Positions 13,360 to 29,458 of a DNA stretch of 64,000 nucleotides are shown piece by piece. This DNA is from the human T2T-CHM13v2.0 reference genome, Homo sapiens. The first letter of the stretch is position 1. Each line of letters begins with the position of its first letter. Position numbers and translations under genes: made by a program. The notes beneath the pieces are model-generated. The model searched no databases. It saw only the letters and a list, made by a program, of their open reading frames with translations, and was not told the DNA's origin. Where the stretch lies: the NCBI RefSeq assembly GCF_009914755.1, contig NC_060936.1; one strand, given 5' to 3'.

Positions 13360-13770
13360 ATTACATTATCAATTTCCTGCTACAGCTTGCAGGGTTAAGT
13401 GTCGATCCCGTTTACAGAAGAGGACGCAGATTCAGAGATGAAGTCTCTTGCTCAAGCTTACATTAAACTGGGAACAGTAATAGGGTTGAAAGCTGGGTTT
13501 CTCTCAGACTATAAAACCTTTATTTTTTTTAACTAAGCAATCTGCCTTTACTTATTTATATGGTACCTTGAAGTCCATAGAACACTTGTCATGTTCATTA
13601 TCTCATTTGATATCTTAAATTGTGTGGGAGAGGTATAGATATCCCCATTTTACAGAAGAGGGAACTGAGATGCAGGTAAGTTAGGGATTTGTGACACACA
13701 AGTCATAAGTGGTAGAGCCAGCTCTTGGGCTCAACCCTTCTGACCAGAAGTCTATTATGCTAACCTCTTT
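13360..13770 (-). mobile_element. Two MIR fragments
   Basis: cccgtttacagaagagga and ccccattttacagaagagggaactgaga cores. Confidence 0.7.
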
Positions 13771-14084
13771 AAAGCACTTCTCTGCCTGCTTTCATTCATA
13801 TAAACATGTGAAATCTTGCCCTTAAGAAATGTCATGTGTTCATGACACTCTAGTTATGCTATAGGTACATATATGTATATTTGCAAATAATTTTTTTTAA
13901 ACATTAAGGCAAAATATTGCCATATTTTAGAAAGGGGAGAGGTTTCATTAGCATCTTGTCCAACTAGGAAAATCTGCTATGACAGGATAAGATAGCATTT
14001 GCAAAGCAATGGACATTGCTTTGCCCCTCTGTTCTCCCTTTGAAAATAATGGATATTTGTAAATTTTTTCTCTTTTCTCTTTAG

Positions 14085-14216
14085 ATTTGGAATTCTATGA
14101 CTGGGGAACTAGTACACACCTATGATGAGCACTCAGAGCAAGTCAATTGCTGCCATTTCACCAACAGTAGTCATCATCTTCTCTTAGCCACTGGGTCAAG
14201 TGACTGCTTCCTCAAA
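14085..14216 (+). CDS. APAF1: APAF1 exon 15 (132 nt, WD40)
   Basis: ctttag|ATTTGG...CTCAAA|gtaagt; IWNSMTGELVHTYDEHSEQVNCCHFTNSSHHLLLATGSSDCFLK. Confidence 0.98.
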
Positions 14217-14295
14217 GTAAGTGTGGATATTGAGAATTAGGTAGATAAATTTGATTCGTACATCAGAGTATCTCCTTTGATTTTCTTATGTATAC

Positions 14296-14860
14296 TACTA
14301 TTAGGACTTTCTGGTCACAATGATAGAAACTACAATAATATATTAGCTGAAGCAAAAAAAAAATAGCTTAAAAATATTTTATTGGCTCATGTAACTGAAA
14401 AGTCTAGAGGGAGCATGGCTTCAGGCATAGCTGACTCCAAATGCTTAAACTGTGTTCTCAGGCTCTACCTCCCTTTCCATCTCCAGAGTCTTGACTTCCT
14501 CTGTGTTGGTTCAGGCATGCTCTTTCTGTGGCAGAAAATGTGGCTACCTTACAGCTCACAATCACAGAGTAAGAGAAATGTGCTCTCTCCTAGAACCCAT
14601 AGATCTAATTTTAGAGAAGCCTTTATTTGACTCATTTTGGCTTACATGCTCATAGCTAGGGTAACCCCAGTGGACAGTAGGATGGAATCCTTGGATTGTC
14701 CAAGGGTCACAAGTTTAGTTATATGGAAGTGGGACAAATGAGTGAGGTCAACTCTACTTGAATCGTAAGTAGAGCTTAATTCAAAAGAGAGTTCTGTTAT
14801 CACAGAGAGGAGGGAGAAAAGGTGCTGGTAGGAAAGATAACCAAAAACAGAAATTCATTC
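14296..14860 (-). mobile_element. Old MaLR LTR (MLT1J/K-like)
   Basis: tttattggctcatgtaactgaaaagtc...ggcttcaggcatagctg motif. Confidence 0.65.
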
Positions 14861-15291
14861 CACATATGCTTTGTAATGTTTGATTGTATCTTTTTTTCCT
14901 CTTAAGTGGATAAAGATAGCTAGATTACCTTTTCTGGAATCCCAGAAAGATCTGCTAACTTTTTTTGAATTGTTTTTTGGTTTGATTTCAAACCTTTCTT
15001 CCTTGATACCATACCATCTTTGCAATTGAACATGATATTTTTGAGAGGGGTAGTAAAAGACATTTCAGTTTGGAAAACTTCATAGACTCTATGTTTTGAC
15101 ATTTAAATAAATTATTAGAAAAATTATCTTTAGAAAGTACTGAAACAGTTATTGAAAATTGCCGTCTCCATCCCCCTGTTCAGGAAGCTAAATTTTTATT
15201 TATTTATTTATTTTTTCAGAAGAAAAAATTATACAGAAGCTCAGTGTGTATAAGAGTTAAAGCTTGCTGCTCTGGCTGAATGGGACCTACA

Positions 15292-15495
15292 TTTCTTCTT
15301 GACTCTCTCTTCCTCCCCCTTTCCCTCTCCTCTCTCTCTCTCCCTCTATCCCTTTCCCTTCCTGTCACCTTCCCTTCCTCTTGACCTTCCTTTCTCTCCT
15401 CCTCCCTCTCTTCTTCTGTCTCCTCCTCCTCCTCCCTCCTCCTCCCCCCACCCCCCCTCTCATTCTCTCTCATTCCCTTTCATCTCTAACCTCTC
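15292..15495. repeat. ~200-bp polypyrimidine/polypurine low-complexity tract
   Basis: Almost only C/T on + strand. Confidence 0.9.
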
Positions 15496-16125
15496 CGCAC
15501 CACATAGTGCTCTTTAGGCATATTTATGTTTATAGAATCCCAAGGACCCTGCAGAGCACAATTTGAAAACACTGGATTGGACCAAAATTACAGAGTAATG
15601 TAGTAACATAAAATTATATCACAGTTATGGTTCACTTTTACTCAAAAAAACTTGGCCCTATTTGAATAAATGTACCACTAAAAAAAAATAAGACTGTTAT
15701 ACTATTTACGACTAATTTTTGATGTTGCTTTTGGCATTTTGTAGGTTGAGGAAATAAATACAGGAAAAAACCTCTGCCATGTGGGAGGGGGTTATTGGTT
15801 AGTAAGCCATTTTAATTAAGGACAAGGTTTACTTTAAGATGTGCTATACTACCTATATTACCATAAGGACTATTAGGATGCATTTCTTGTGATTCTTGAG
15901 CAGAGAGAAGCCAGTGAAAATATGTAATTGTGAAGCTGCCTTCATGTAACTTGCTTTATCTGAAGAATTGAGTTTATCTAGGACTGGGATAAAGGAGTCA
16001 AAGATAGAAGTGGACATGAGGAACAGTATATATCTCACTTACTAATCATTTCTAAATAATTTTTGCCAAAACTAACATTTAGCAATAATTGATTTCTTCT
16101 TCTGGGTTTAATCTTATTAGCATAA

Positions 16126-16878
<753 letters not shown>

Positions 16879-17689
16879 TGAATAGAGGATTTTACAGCAA
16901 GTCCTAAATATGTCATTTCACCCAAAATATTTAAGCATGCATCTCAGAGATCTTAAATATAAATACTATGTTTATTATCATACCATACTATTATCACACC
17001 TAACATAATAAAATATAGTTTTGTAATATACTTGGTCCATGTTCACTTATTCCATATTCTCAAAACATGCATTTCTATCATGTTTGTTGGAATCAGAATC
17101 CAAACAAACTTTATGTAGCATTTGTTCTGCCTCTTAAGTCTCTTTTATTCTATTAAAGTTCCCTTTTTCCTCTGACTGCTTTCTTATACCATTGATTTAT
17201 TAGAGCAATTTAGTCATTTGTCCCATGGAATGTGCCATATTTTGGATTTGGTTAATTGCTTCCTAGAGGTGGTACTTGACTTGCTCCACCATTTTTAGGG
17301 TTGGATAACCTGACATTTAAAAAATATGGGGGTAATTTATATTACATATTACTTATTGTGGCTTTTTGTAACTGAGTAAAATAATAATGATTCTAAACCA
17401 CTCCGTTGAAATAAGTAGTAATTGTTTAGTTAGTTATTTAGTACTCAGCCTAAAAACCTCGGTGAGCCTTTGAGTCCCTTAGTCGATTTACATGCTGATC
17501 TAAAGGCTGCCCCATTGCTTGTTAATCACAAGTTCATTTTTGTGTTTGATACGTTTGTGTTACTGTGAATTAAACATCATTCTGTAATCAAAAAGCTTAA
17601 ATGAGAGAAAAGGAAGAACTTCACATGATTTCTGATGTTTCCCCACTCAATACTAGTTGTTTATTTATCTTTTTTTCTTTCACAAATAG

Positions 17690-17815
17690 CTTTGGGATTT
17701 GAATCAAAAAGAATGTCGAAATACCATGTTTGGTCATACAAATTCAGTCAATCACTGCAGATTTTCACCAGATGATAAGCTTTTGGCTAGTTGTTCAGCT
17801 GATGGAACCTTAAAG
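17690..17815 (+). CDS. APAF1: APAF1 exon 16 (126 nt, WD40)
   Basis: aaatag|CTTTGG...TTAAAG|gtatgc; LWDLNQKECRNTMFGHTNSVNHCRFSPDDKLLASCSADGTLK. Confidence 0.98.
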
Positions 17816-18024
17816 GTATGCTTTTGTACACTATTAAAATAGGTTGTATTTTATGGAAAGTCTTATGATTTGATTATAGAAATAGGTTTCTGTTTTTTCA
17901 CATTTCTACAGAAAGAGCCTGCTTCTTTCAATTTCCAGGAGCATATTTAATGTAACTGTAATTGCTTATCGTAATGATTGTTTATGAATGGTGTACAACC
18001 TAATGCTTAAAGTTCTATAATGTA

Positions 18025-18319
18025 GGCTGGGCGCGGTGGCTCACGCCTGTAATCCCAGCACTTTGGGAGGCCGAGGTGGGTGGATCACAAGGTCAGGAGT
18101 TCAAGACCAGTCTGGCTAAGATGGTGAAACCCCGTCTCTACTAAAAATACAAAAATTAGCTGGGTGTGGTGGTGAGTGCCTGTAATCCCAGCTACTTGGG
18201 AGGCTGAGGCAGAGAATTGCTTGAACCCGGGAGGTGGAGGTTGCAGTGAGCTGAGATCACGCCACTCCACTCCAGCCTGGGCGACAGAGTGAGACTCCGT
18301 CTCAAAAAAAAAAAAAAAA
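18025..18319 (+). mobile_element. AluS (Sg/Sc-like)
   Basis: Sense Alu with A-tail; TSD AAAGTTCT(A/G)TAATGTA. Confidence 0.95.
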
Positions 18320-18432
18320 GTTCTGTAATGTAGAATTTTTATTCTTTTAATTTGAATTCTTAAATTTTAAGTGTACATTTTGTTTCAAGCATATGTTCAT
18401 AAAATATTTTGAGATCTGTTTTAGTTTATTTT

Positions 18433-18718
18433 GTGCTTCTATAATTTATGTTGTGCTTCTATAAATTGTGAGTAATTTATAAAGAATGGAGATTTATTTC
18501 TTACAGTTCTGGGGGAGAGGGTACCAGCAGAGAAGGGAGAGAGTGAGGAGGCGGCTGAACTTATCCATTTATCAGGAACCTAGGTAATAGCATTAATCCA
18601 TTCATGAGGGTAGCGCCCTCATGACCTAATCACTTTTGAAGGTCCCATCTCTCAATACTTGCATCAGGGATTAAGTATTTAATACATGAACTTTGGGGGA
18701 CACGTTTAAACCACAGCA
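18433..18718 (-). mobile_element. MaLR LTR (MLT1A/MST-like), internally deleted
   Basis: taatttataaagaa...atttatttcttacagttctgg...ccctcatgacctaatcac...aaaccacagca. Confidence 0.8.
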
Positions 18719-18751
18719 AGATCTATGGGTCAGGTTTGTAAAGGATCTGGC

Positions 18752-18968
18752 TTTTGTTTTTGTTTTTGTTTTTGAGACAGTCTCACTCTGTCGCCCAGGC
18801 TGGAGTACAATGGTGTGATCTTGGCTCACTGCAGCCTCTGCCTCCTGGGTTCAAGCGATTCTCGTGCCCCAGTCTCCCAAGTAGATAGGAGTACAGGCGC
18901 CTGCCACCAAGCCTGGCTAATTTTTGTATTTTTAGTAGAGACGGAGTTTCACCACGTTGGCCAGTCTG
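18752..18968 (-). mobile_element. 5'-truncated AluS
   Basis: Right arm plus part of left arm; (TTTTTG)n tail. Confidence 0.9.
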
Positions 18969-19408
18969 GGGACCTGTTTTTACTTATAATTTATTCATTC
19001 TGCCTTTTATATTATTGCTTTCTTGTTTTTGAGAAGCCACAAGGTAGGAAAAATGCAAGAGTTAGGGAAAAAAGCTTATTCAGCCTTCTGAAATTTATAG
19101 GCCTAAAAAAATGAAATAATTCTTCCTCAAATCCCCACCTTCTCCAATAAGATTCCCAATTCCACTTTATTATTCCTGTCTCTATTGTCTCTCCTGTTTA
19201 TTGACTGTCCTTTCTTTCTTTGGTCTTAAGATCAACCCATCTTTGACATTGTTGTCTCTTGGTCTACATTTTTCCCTCTTGTTCTGTAGTAGTTGCTCTA
19301 GTTCAGGCTGTTGTCTGCTCATGCCTGATAGCAACCATCTAAGATGCATTCTGCATCTCTTCTTATCTAAGTTCAGAGATACTAGAATAACCTTCTACCA
19401 CTGTTTTC

Positions 19409-20055
19409 TTTCTTTTTTTTTTTTTTTTTGGAGACAGAGTCTCACTCTTTCACTCAGGCTGGAGTGCAGTGGTACCATCATGGCTCACTGCAGCCTTCAC
19501 TTCTGGTCTCAAGCAGTCCTCGTACTTCAGCCTCTCAAGTAACTGGAATCACAAGCATGTGCCATCACACCTGGCGAAATTTTTTTTTTTTTTTTTTTTT
19601 TAGAGATAGGATCTTACTATGTTGCCCATGCTTGTCTCCAGCTCCTGGGCTCAAGCAATCCCAGTGCTGGGATTATAGGCGTGAGCCACCAAGCCTAGCC
19701 TACCACTCTTTTCTTTTTTCTTTTCTTTTCTTTTTCTTTACTCTTCTCTTTTCTTTCTTTCTTTCTTTTTTTTGAAACAGGGTCTTATTCTGTTGTCTAG
19801 GCTGGAGTGCAGTGGCCTGATCCTGGCCCACCACAGTCTATCTCCTGGGCTTAGATGATCCTCCCACCTCAGCCTCTTGAGTAGCTGGGACTGCAAGTGC
19901 CTGCTACCATGCCCAGCTAATTTTTTGTACTTTTATTAGAGATGGGGTTTTGCCTATGTTTCCCAGGCTGGTCTGAAACTCCTGGGCTCGAGTAGTCTGC
20001 CTGCCTTGGCCTCCTGAAGTGCTGAGATTATAGGAGTGAGCCACTGCATCCGGCC
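19409..20055 (-). mobile_element. Two tandem AluJ elements (19409-19699, 19714-20055); the second has a (TTTC)n tail
   Basis: Two dimers bounded by three copies of CTACCACTNTTTTC. Confidence 0.92.
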
Positions 20056-20365
20056 CTACCACTATTTTCAACATAAATTATGCCATAGTATAAACTGTAG
20101 GAAACGCAGACTCATTGGGATGACTTCTAAGGTTCTTCACCTTCCGTCATTCTGCCACATCCTTTCCTGTCAAGTTTGTTTCTTCTAACCCCTATACCTT
20201 AATTGTCTGTTCTGGGCAAGGTGTTTTATTTCAGCTACTGTCCCTGTATGTGTTTCTTGGGATGTTTCCTATGTGTGCCCCTGTAGCTTTTCTTAGGATG
20301 TTTTTTGCCTTCGATTTCACTTGCCATATTTTTTAATGCCCGTCAAAACTTTAGGCAAAGCCTTT

Positions 20366-20406
20366 TGTGTGAGGGTGAGAGAGAGAGAGAGAGAGAGTGT
20401 GTGTGT

Positions 20407-20442
<36 letters not shown>

Positions 20443-20695
20443 CACAGGGTCTTACTTTGTCACCCAGGCCGGAGTGCAGTGGTCTGGGCTAACTAAAGTG
20501 ATCCTCCTGCCTCAACCGCCTGAGTAGCTGGGACTTCAGGCGTGTGTGACAATGCCTAGCTAATTTTGTTTAATTTTTGTAGAGATGGGGCCTCCCTGTG
20601 TTACCCAGGCTGGTCTTGAACTAAGCTCAAGCGATCCTCCCACTTTGGTCTCCCAAAGTACTGGGATCACAGACATGAGCCACCACACCTGGACT
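20366..20695 (-). mobile_element. AluJ whose tail is a compound (GA)n(GT)n(GA)n microsatellite (~20377-20442)
   Basis: Alu body 20442-20695; GCAAAGC(C/A)TT on both sides of microsatellite+Alu. Confidence 0.88.
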
Positions 20696-21863
20696 GCAAA
20701 GCATTCTTCAGAAAGTGTTCTCTTACAGCATCCATCTGTTTGGTTCTGAGTACATATATCTATCTATATCTATAGGTAGAAACTGCTTGGTTTGTCTTCT
20801 GATTTCCACTTATAAATGTGTTGTACTGTTCAGTCATTTTAATGTGTCTTCTGTTTCTTTGATTAGGTTGAATATAGGTTTATGATCTGCAGGGAACTTG
20901 ACATCTTTTTGTTGTATTATACCTTTCTTTGTAACTCATAGTACAGAATTGTACTCAAGTATTCAGTAAATTTTCTTGACTACACCTTTTCTAGGAAAAT
21001 ACTTAAATACTCCTGGGCACTATTTTGTTTGTTAGAATCTCTAGGGAAGGAGATTCAGCAATGCTACTAACTCCTGAGAAAGGTAAACTGTTTTGATTCT
21101 GATACTCTGGTTGAATCTTTGATCTTGCTTTGCTGACGGAAGATAACTGTTTTTGTATAAATTACTCCAGAGTATCTAGAAACTCTTTCTGGGTAGAATT
21201 CTACTTTGTAGAGTTTAGCTAGCTGTTAGTGGGTGCTGGGAGCATTCTTAGGTAGAATATTCAGGTAAGTGGATTTTGGCCTCTATGCTATATCTATCTG
21301 CTTCTTCCTTTAGAATGATCCATGTCATGGGAGGTTTTTCAGAATACCCGTGGATGGATTTAGGCAGCCCTCCTTTCATTTTGTCAGCCTATTATTTCCT
21401 GGTTTTTACTCAGTGAAAGACTTCAGAAGAAGGCATTTTATATTTTAAGTTTTCCTTTCATCTTATCTCCTTTGCTAATTCCAAGTTCTGGGAAGACTGC
21501 ATTATCCTTAGCATGTTTGCCATTATTATTAGGTTGCCAAATGTTCAAGAAAGCTGTAAAACTAGGCCATTTATGTGTTGTACAAATATAAGTTGTACAG
21601 CTCAGCTGGGCCTTATTTGCCGCTGAATTATGGTCTGTTCATCCCTAATTTATTTGCTTTTCCACTAGTGCCTATTCTAATCCTTTTCTGCTGTTCTTAA
21701 GCCCCTAACCCTTTTATTTTATGGCAATAATGTTACCTCATACCCATTCAAAGGATTAAAACCATCCACCAAGAGTCCCCTATCATAAGCCCCCTCAGAA
21801 ATTGCTGTAAAAAGCCTCTGCTCCATTTTTTCTCATAACAGTGTCCAAAAAGTCCTGTACTTG

Positions 21864-22244
<381 letters not shown>

Positions 22245-22915
22245 TCAGATTTTTCTTCTTTTTTGAATTATTTTCCACAGCTTACAAATGTTCTTGGGCC
22301 TTCCTGAGCCTTATAAAGCCAAAAAGTGAAAAACCTTTGATTCTTCCTTGATTGTATTGTTCTTTAAAATTGTCATTCTGTTTTTCTCTTTCCCTTCATG
22401 ACTGGGCTTCTTAAGTCATCTATACTTGCCTCTGTTTCCTGACTACCTACTCCCTGCTTAACCATTTTTTAGCCTGGTTTCATCTTCCCTGTATTCCCTT
22501 GAAGAATGTAAAAATCCAGTTTTATTTTCAGTTTCAATTTTTTTTGTAGTCTAAGGCCCTCTGGATTAGTGTGAAATCTGATATTTTTCTTTATCTGATT
22601 CTCATTATTTTTGTTGTATTACTATTGGTCAAACCCCCAATGACCACCTAGTTTTTTTGTTTTTTTGTGTTTTTTTTGAAACTCTCCTCATTTTACATCA
22701 ATGTTTTATTCTTTCTCCTCTTAGCTCTCTGATCCCTTCATTAACTATTTTCCCTGACCATTAAAATGTAGCTATTCCTGCAGCATCTAACCTTGGCTAC
22801 CACCTCTATCACCGCTCTTCCATCCCAGTTCATTCAGTCTCATGGCTTCAACTCATCTTTTTTCAGGTATGTCATCTGCAACCTTCATTTTATGAGCTGT
22901 GTTCTTCATTCCTAA

Positions 22916-23319
<404 letters not shown>

Positions 23320-23344
23320 TATGTTTCATGATTTAAAAAAAAAA

Positions 23345-24355
23345 ATTTCAACTTTTATTTAGATTCAGGGGTACATGTGCAGGTTTGTTATGTGAGTATA
23401 TTGCATGATGCTGATGCCGAGGTTTGGGTACAACTGGTCCTGTCATCCAGATAGCATAGTACCCAATAGGTGCCTCATTCCCCCCTCCCCAACTCTAGTA
23501 GTCCCCAGCATTTATTGTTCTTATCTTTATGTCTTTGTGTACCCAATGTTTAGCTCTGGCTTATAAGTGAGAACTTGTGGTATTTGGTTTTCTGTTCCTG
23601 CATTAATTTGCTTAGGATAATGGCCTCCAGCTGCATTCATGTTGCTGGAAAGGACATGATTTTATTCTTTTTTATGGCTGTGTTGTATCCCATGGTGTAT
23701 ATGTACCATATTTCCTTTAACCTTCCGTTGATGGGCACCTAGGTTGGTTTGTGTCTTTGCTGTTACGAATAGTGCTGCAGTGAATATACAAGTGCATGTG
23801 TCTTTTTGGTAGAATGATTTGTTTTCCTTTGGGTGTATACCCAGTAATGGGATTGCTGGGTTGAATGGTAGTTCTGTTTTAAGTTATTTGAGAAATCTCC
23901 AAACTGCTTTACAAAGTCACCGAACAAATTTACATTCCCACCAGCAGTGTATAAGCGTTCCCTTTTCTCTGCAGCCTCCCTGGCATCTTTTATTTTTTGA
24001 CTAAAAAAAAAAAACAACACATATATAAAAATTATATAGCAGTGTTTTGTAGTTCTCCTTGTAGAGATCTTTGACTTCTTTGGTTAGATGTATTCCTGGG
24101 TATTTTATTTTTTTGTGTGTGGCTACTGTAAATGGGATTGTGTTCTTGATTTGGCTCTCAGCTTTAATGTTATTGATGTACAGAAATGCTGCTGATTTTT
24201 TTTTTTCTTAAATAGAAAAAAGGTCTTACTACGTTGGCCAGGCTGGTCTCAAACTCCTGGCCTCAAGTGATCCTTTGGCCTCAGCCTCCCAAAGTGCTGG
24301 GCTTACAAGCATGAACCACTGTGCCTGGCTAACTGATTTTTGTACATTGATTTTG
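23345..24355 (-). mobile_element. L1PA/L1PB 3' end joined to an upstream ORF2 piece; Alu monomer inserted at ~24196-24330
   Basis: ggtacatgtgcaggtttgtta, ataagtgagaac, gggtgtatacccagtaatgggattgctggg; then gtagttctccttgtagagatc. Confidence 0.88.
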
Positions 24356-24865
24356 ATTAGAACAGTGTTCAGGGTTTACATCATTGTAACTAATCACAAT
24401 TGAGCCGTATCGTGTGAATTTTTTTCCTCTCTCATTAGCTTTCTGTTTTCCCTGGGGTTGATAAGTTTGTTTTTTCATTTGTTTAGTTTTTATATGTGCT
24501 TATCTTCAAACTCTCTCTTGTTAATTTGCTCCTTAAATGATTCAAACTTACCAGGCATTTTATAAGTCTTTTCTTGGAAACAACATTTTTGGAAGGTTCT
24601 ATCTTGCTCCATTCTGGTCGGTAATGGTAATACTATTCCCAGAGTCCAGCTGCCATCCTGAGGTCTTCCTTACCATCATCCTAGGGATTCCTTTTGCTTT
24701 TCTTTTAAATTGGAACACTTGTTTTTCAGTTTTTTTTTTTTTTTTCGTCTTCTTTCTTGGCTTACTTTTTCAGCTTGGTGGAGAATCTCCTCTAGCTTCC
24801 TAAGAAAGAATCTATGGGAAGTAAATTTTTAAGGTGTCTTTATTATAATGTCTAAAGATGTCTCT

Positions 24866-25281
24866 GTTTTTCACTTGCTGATTTGCTTGAGTTCCTTATG
24901 AATTCTGGATATTAGACCTTTGTTGGATGCATAGTTTAACAAGGCCAACAAAAGCAATGCGGGAGAGGACTCTCTATTCAATAAATGGTGCTGGGATAAC
25001 TGGCTAGCCATATGCAGAAGAATGAAACTAGACCTTTACCTTTTACCACATGTAAAAATTAAAGATGGATTAAAAATTTAAATATATGACCTCAAGCTAT
25101 TAAAATCCTAGAAGAAAACCTAGGAAATACCCTTCTTGACATCAGTCTTGGCAAATAATTTTTGGCCAAGTCCTCAAAAGCAATTGCTACAAAAACAAAC
25201 TTTGACAAGTGGAACCTAATTAAATGAAAGCTTCTGCACAGCAAAAGAAACTGTCAACAGAGTAAACTGCCTACAGAATGG
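24866..25281. mobile_element. L1 ORF2 fragment with internal inversion (- strand 24866-24937, + strand 24938-25281)
   Basis: Antisense ttctggatattagacctttg...gcatagttt abuts sense ctattcaataaatggtgctggg...ctacagaatgg. Confidence 0.82.
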
Positions 25282-27039
<1,758 letters not shown>

Positions 27040-27494
27040 TGGTCTGTGTCTGTTCTCTGTTTTCTGAAACATAATACCTGAGACTGGGTAATTTATAAAG
27101 AAAAGGGGTTTACTTGGCTCATGATTCTGATGGCCGGAAATTCCAGGATTGGGAAGCTACACCTGATGAGGGCCTTCGGCTGCTTCCACTCATGGTGGAA
27201 AGGGGAGGGGAAGTGGGCGTGTGCAAAGAGATCATATGAAAAGAGAGGATTGAAGATAGCGAAACCCAGGAAGCCAGACTGTTTTCAAAAACCCGCACTC
27301 TTGAGAACTAATCCATTCCCAGGGAACTCACCCCAGTGGGAAGGCATTAGAAGGCATTCATCTGTTTATGAGGGATCCACCCCCATGACCCAGACACCTC
27401 CTATCAAGCCCTACTTCCCAACACTGCCACAGTGGGGATCCAATTTCAACACGAGTTTGGGTCAGGATAAATAAACCATCTCCAAACCATAGCA
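27040..27494 (-). mobile_element. MaLR LTR (MSTB-like)
   Basis: aatacctgagactgggtaatttataaagaaaa...ccccatgacccagacacctcc...tccaaaccatagca. Confidence 0.88.
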
Positions 27495-27593
27495 GAGCTG
27501 TATGTGTTCTCTGCATCTTTAACACCTGAACCCTATTTCTTTCAGCAACACTATTGTCTGTACTCGCCTGTGCTTGAAACTTGGGAGTGATCT

Positions 27594-27732
27594 TTTTGTT
27601 TGTTTGTTTGTTTTTAGAGACGGGGTTTCACCATGTTGCCCAGGCTGGTCTTGAACTCCTGGGCTCAAGTGGTCCGCTTGCCTAAGCCTCCCAAGGTGCT
27701 AGGATTACAGACATGAGCCACTGCACCCTGCC
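27594..27732 (-). mobile_element. Alu monomer (FLAM/left arm)
   Basis: TSD GGGAGT(G/A)ATC. Confidence 0.88.
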
Positions 27733-29155
27733 GGGAGTAATCAGTCTTTTCACTTAAAATGTATTTATTGAATACTTAGTGTGTGCCAGATACTGTACTA
27801 GGTATTTGGATTTTAAACCCTGAAAAAGAAAAAAGTATACTTCCTGGCTGTTCTGAACTGTTCAGAATAAAGTTGGAGAGAACATAAGTGAACAGATGAA
27901 CCATGAAAATCATAAACGTATGAAGACAGTGCTCTGAGAGCAGATAAGGACTCTGTTGGGGAAGGGTTCACATACCTGATACTACAACCAGATTGAACTT
28001 GTTCTTCTTTTTCATTGTCTTTGTTTTCTCATTTTGTACTTTAGCTTATGCTGATCCCTTGGAATAGGCTCTAGGCCCTGGAGTGTTCCCCTGTCTTTTT
28101 GATGTTGAAATTCTCTGTCTTAAGCTGGTATAAGATAGGCTAATCTCAGGGAGTAGAGTGAGGTGACTACCTCCTGTACAAAGTGTTCCCTCAAGCCCTC
28201 AGCTTGAATATAGCCTCCCCACTGTGCTATACCTTTTCCTTTCAAATGACACCTGACATATTTTGTGTTTAAGTTATTTATGTGCTTGTCTTACTTCCCT
28301 TACTGGCCTGTCAACTCATTGAGGGTAGTATCTGTATCTGATTCATTTATATAGTCTCAAAGTGACTAGCATAGTGTTTAATAAATGTGTTAAAGATGAT
28401 AAACCCTTGCTGTGTCACTTCAAGTCAAACTAAGACTTCTTCAAACTCGGACACTTTTTAAAAAGTCATCATTTGACAGGGACAGGATTTTGATTTCCGT
28501 ATTCATGTATGAGTATCAAAATGTGATTGTGGCTCACAGAGCACTCGCAGCAGGGGACAGACACTACTGCACTCTTGGTGAGAACTGCCCATGTTTGTGG
28601 TGGCTTTCCCACCGTGCTGTTAAGTCAGTATCATTGGTTGGTTCACACTGATATAATGACAGGTAGTAAGCAGAGGTCCTGCAAAATGATGTTAGATAAC
28701 AGCATTTCAAGGTCAAATTCTCCTGTAAGTTTTTACCTTTTGAGAGGATGAAAACTGTAAAATTATGTCCTGCCCCAAATGGCTCTATAACTTTTTAAGC
28801 ATTTTGTAGGGTATCATGTTGATAAGCATGTGCTTTTCAGGCTCTGAGATGAACTGTTTTAAAATGTGAGTTCTATTTAAAAATTTGCCATTTAAAGCAC
28901 GCAGAGGCCTGGGGTGCACAGGGACCCTGGATACAGTGTAGCGACTTGCTCAGAATGAAATGCTGGTATTAGTTTATGTGGTCCCTCAATATGTGGGATT
29001 TCACCACTGCTTGGACAGAAGCTGAAGTCAGGTCCAGAAACAGATGCAATTTAGACATGTATAATCAAGTTGGATTGTGCTACTTTTATTTTTCTTTGTA
29101 AAATTCAGGCAATAGTTGCTTTTTCTTTTTGTTTTTTAAAATTTTTTTAAATTGA

Positions 29156-29458
<303 letters not shown>

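Noticed and set aside
15216-15566. E/R-rich and S/P/L-rich ORFs
   Set aside because: Artefacts of the low-complexity purine/pyrimidine tract
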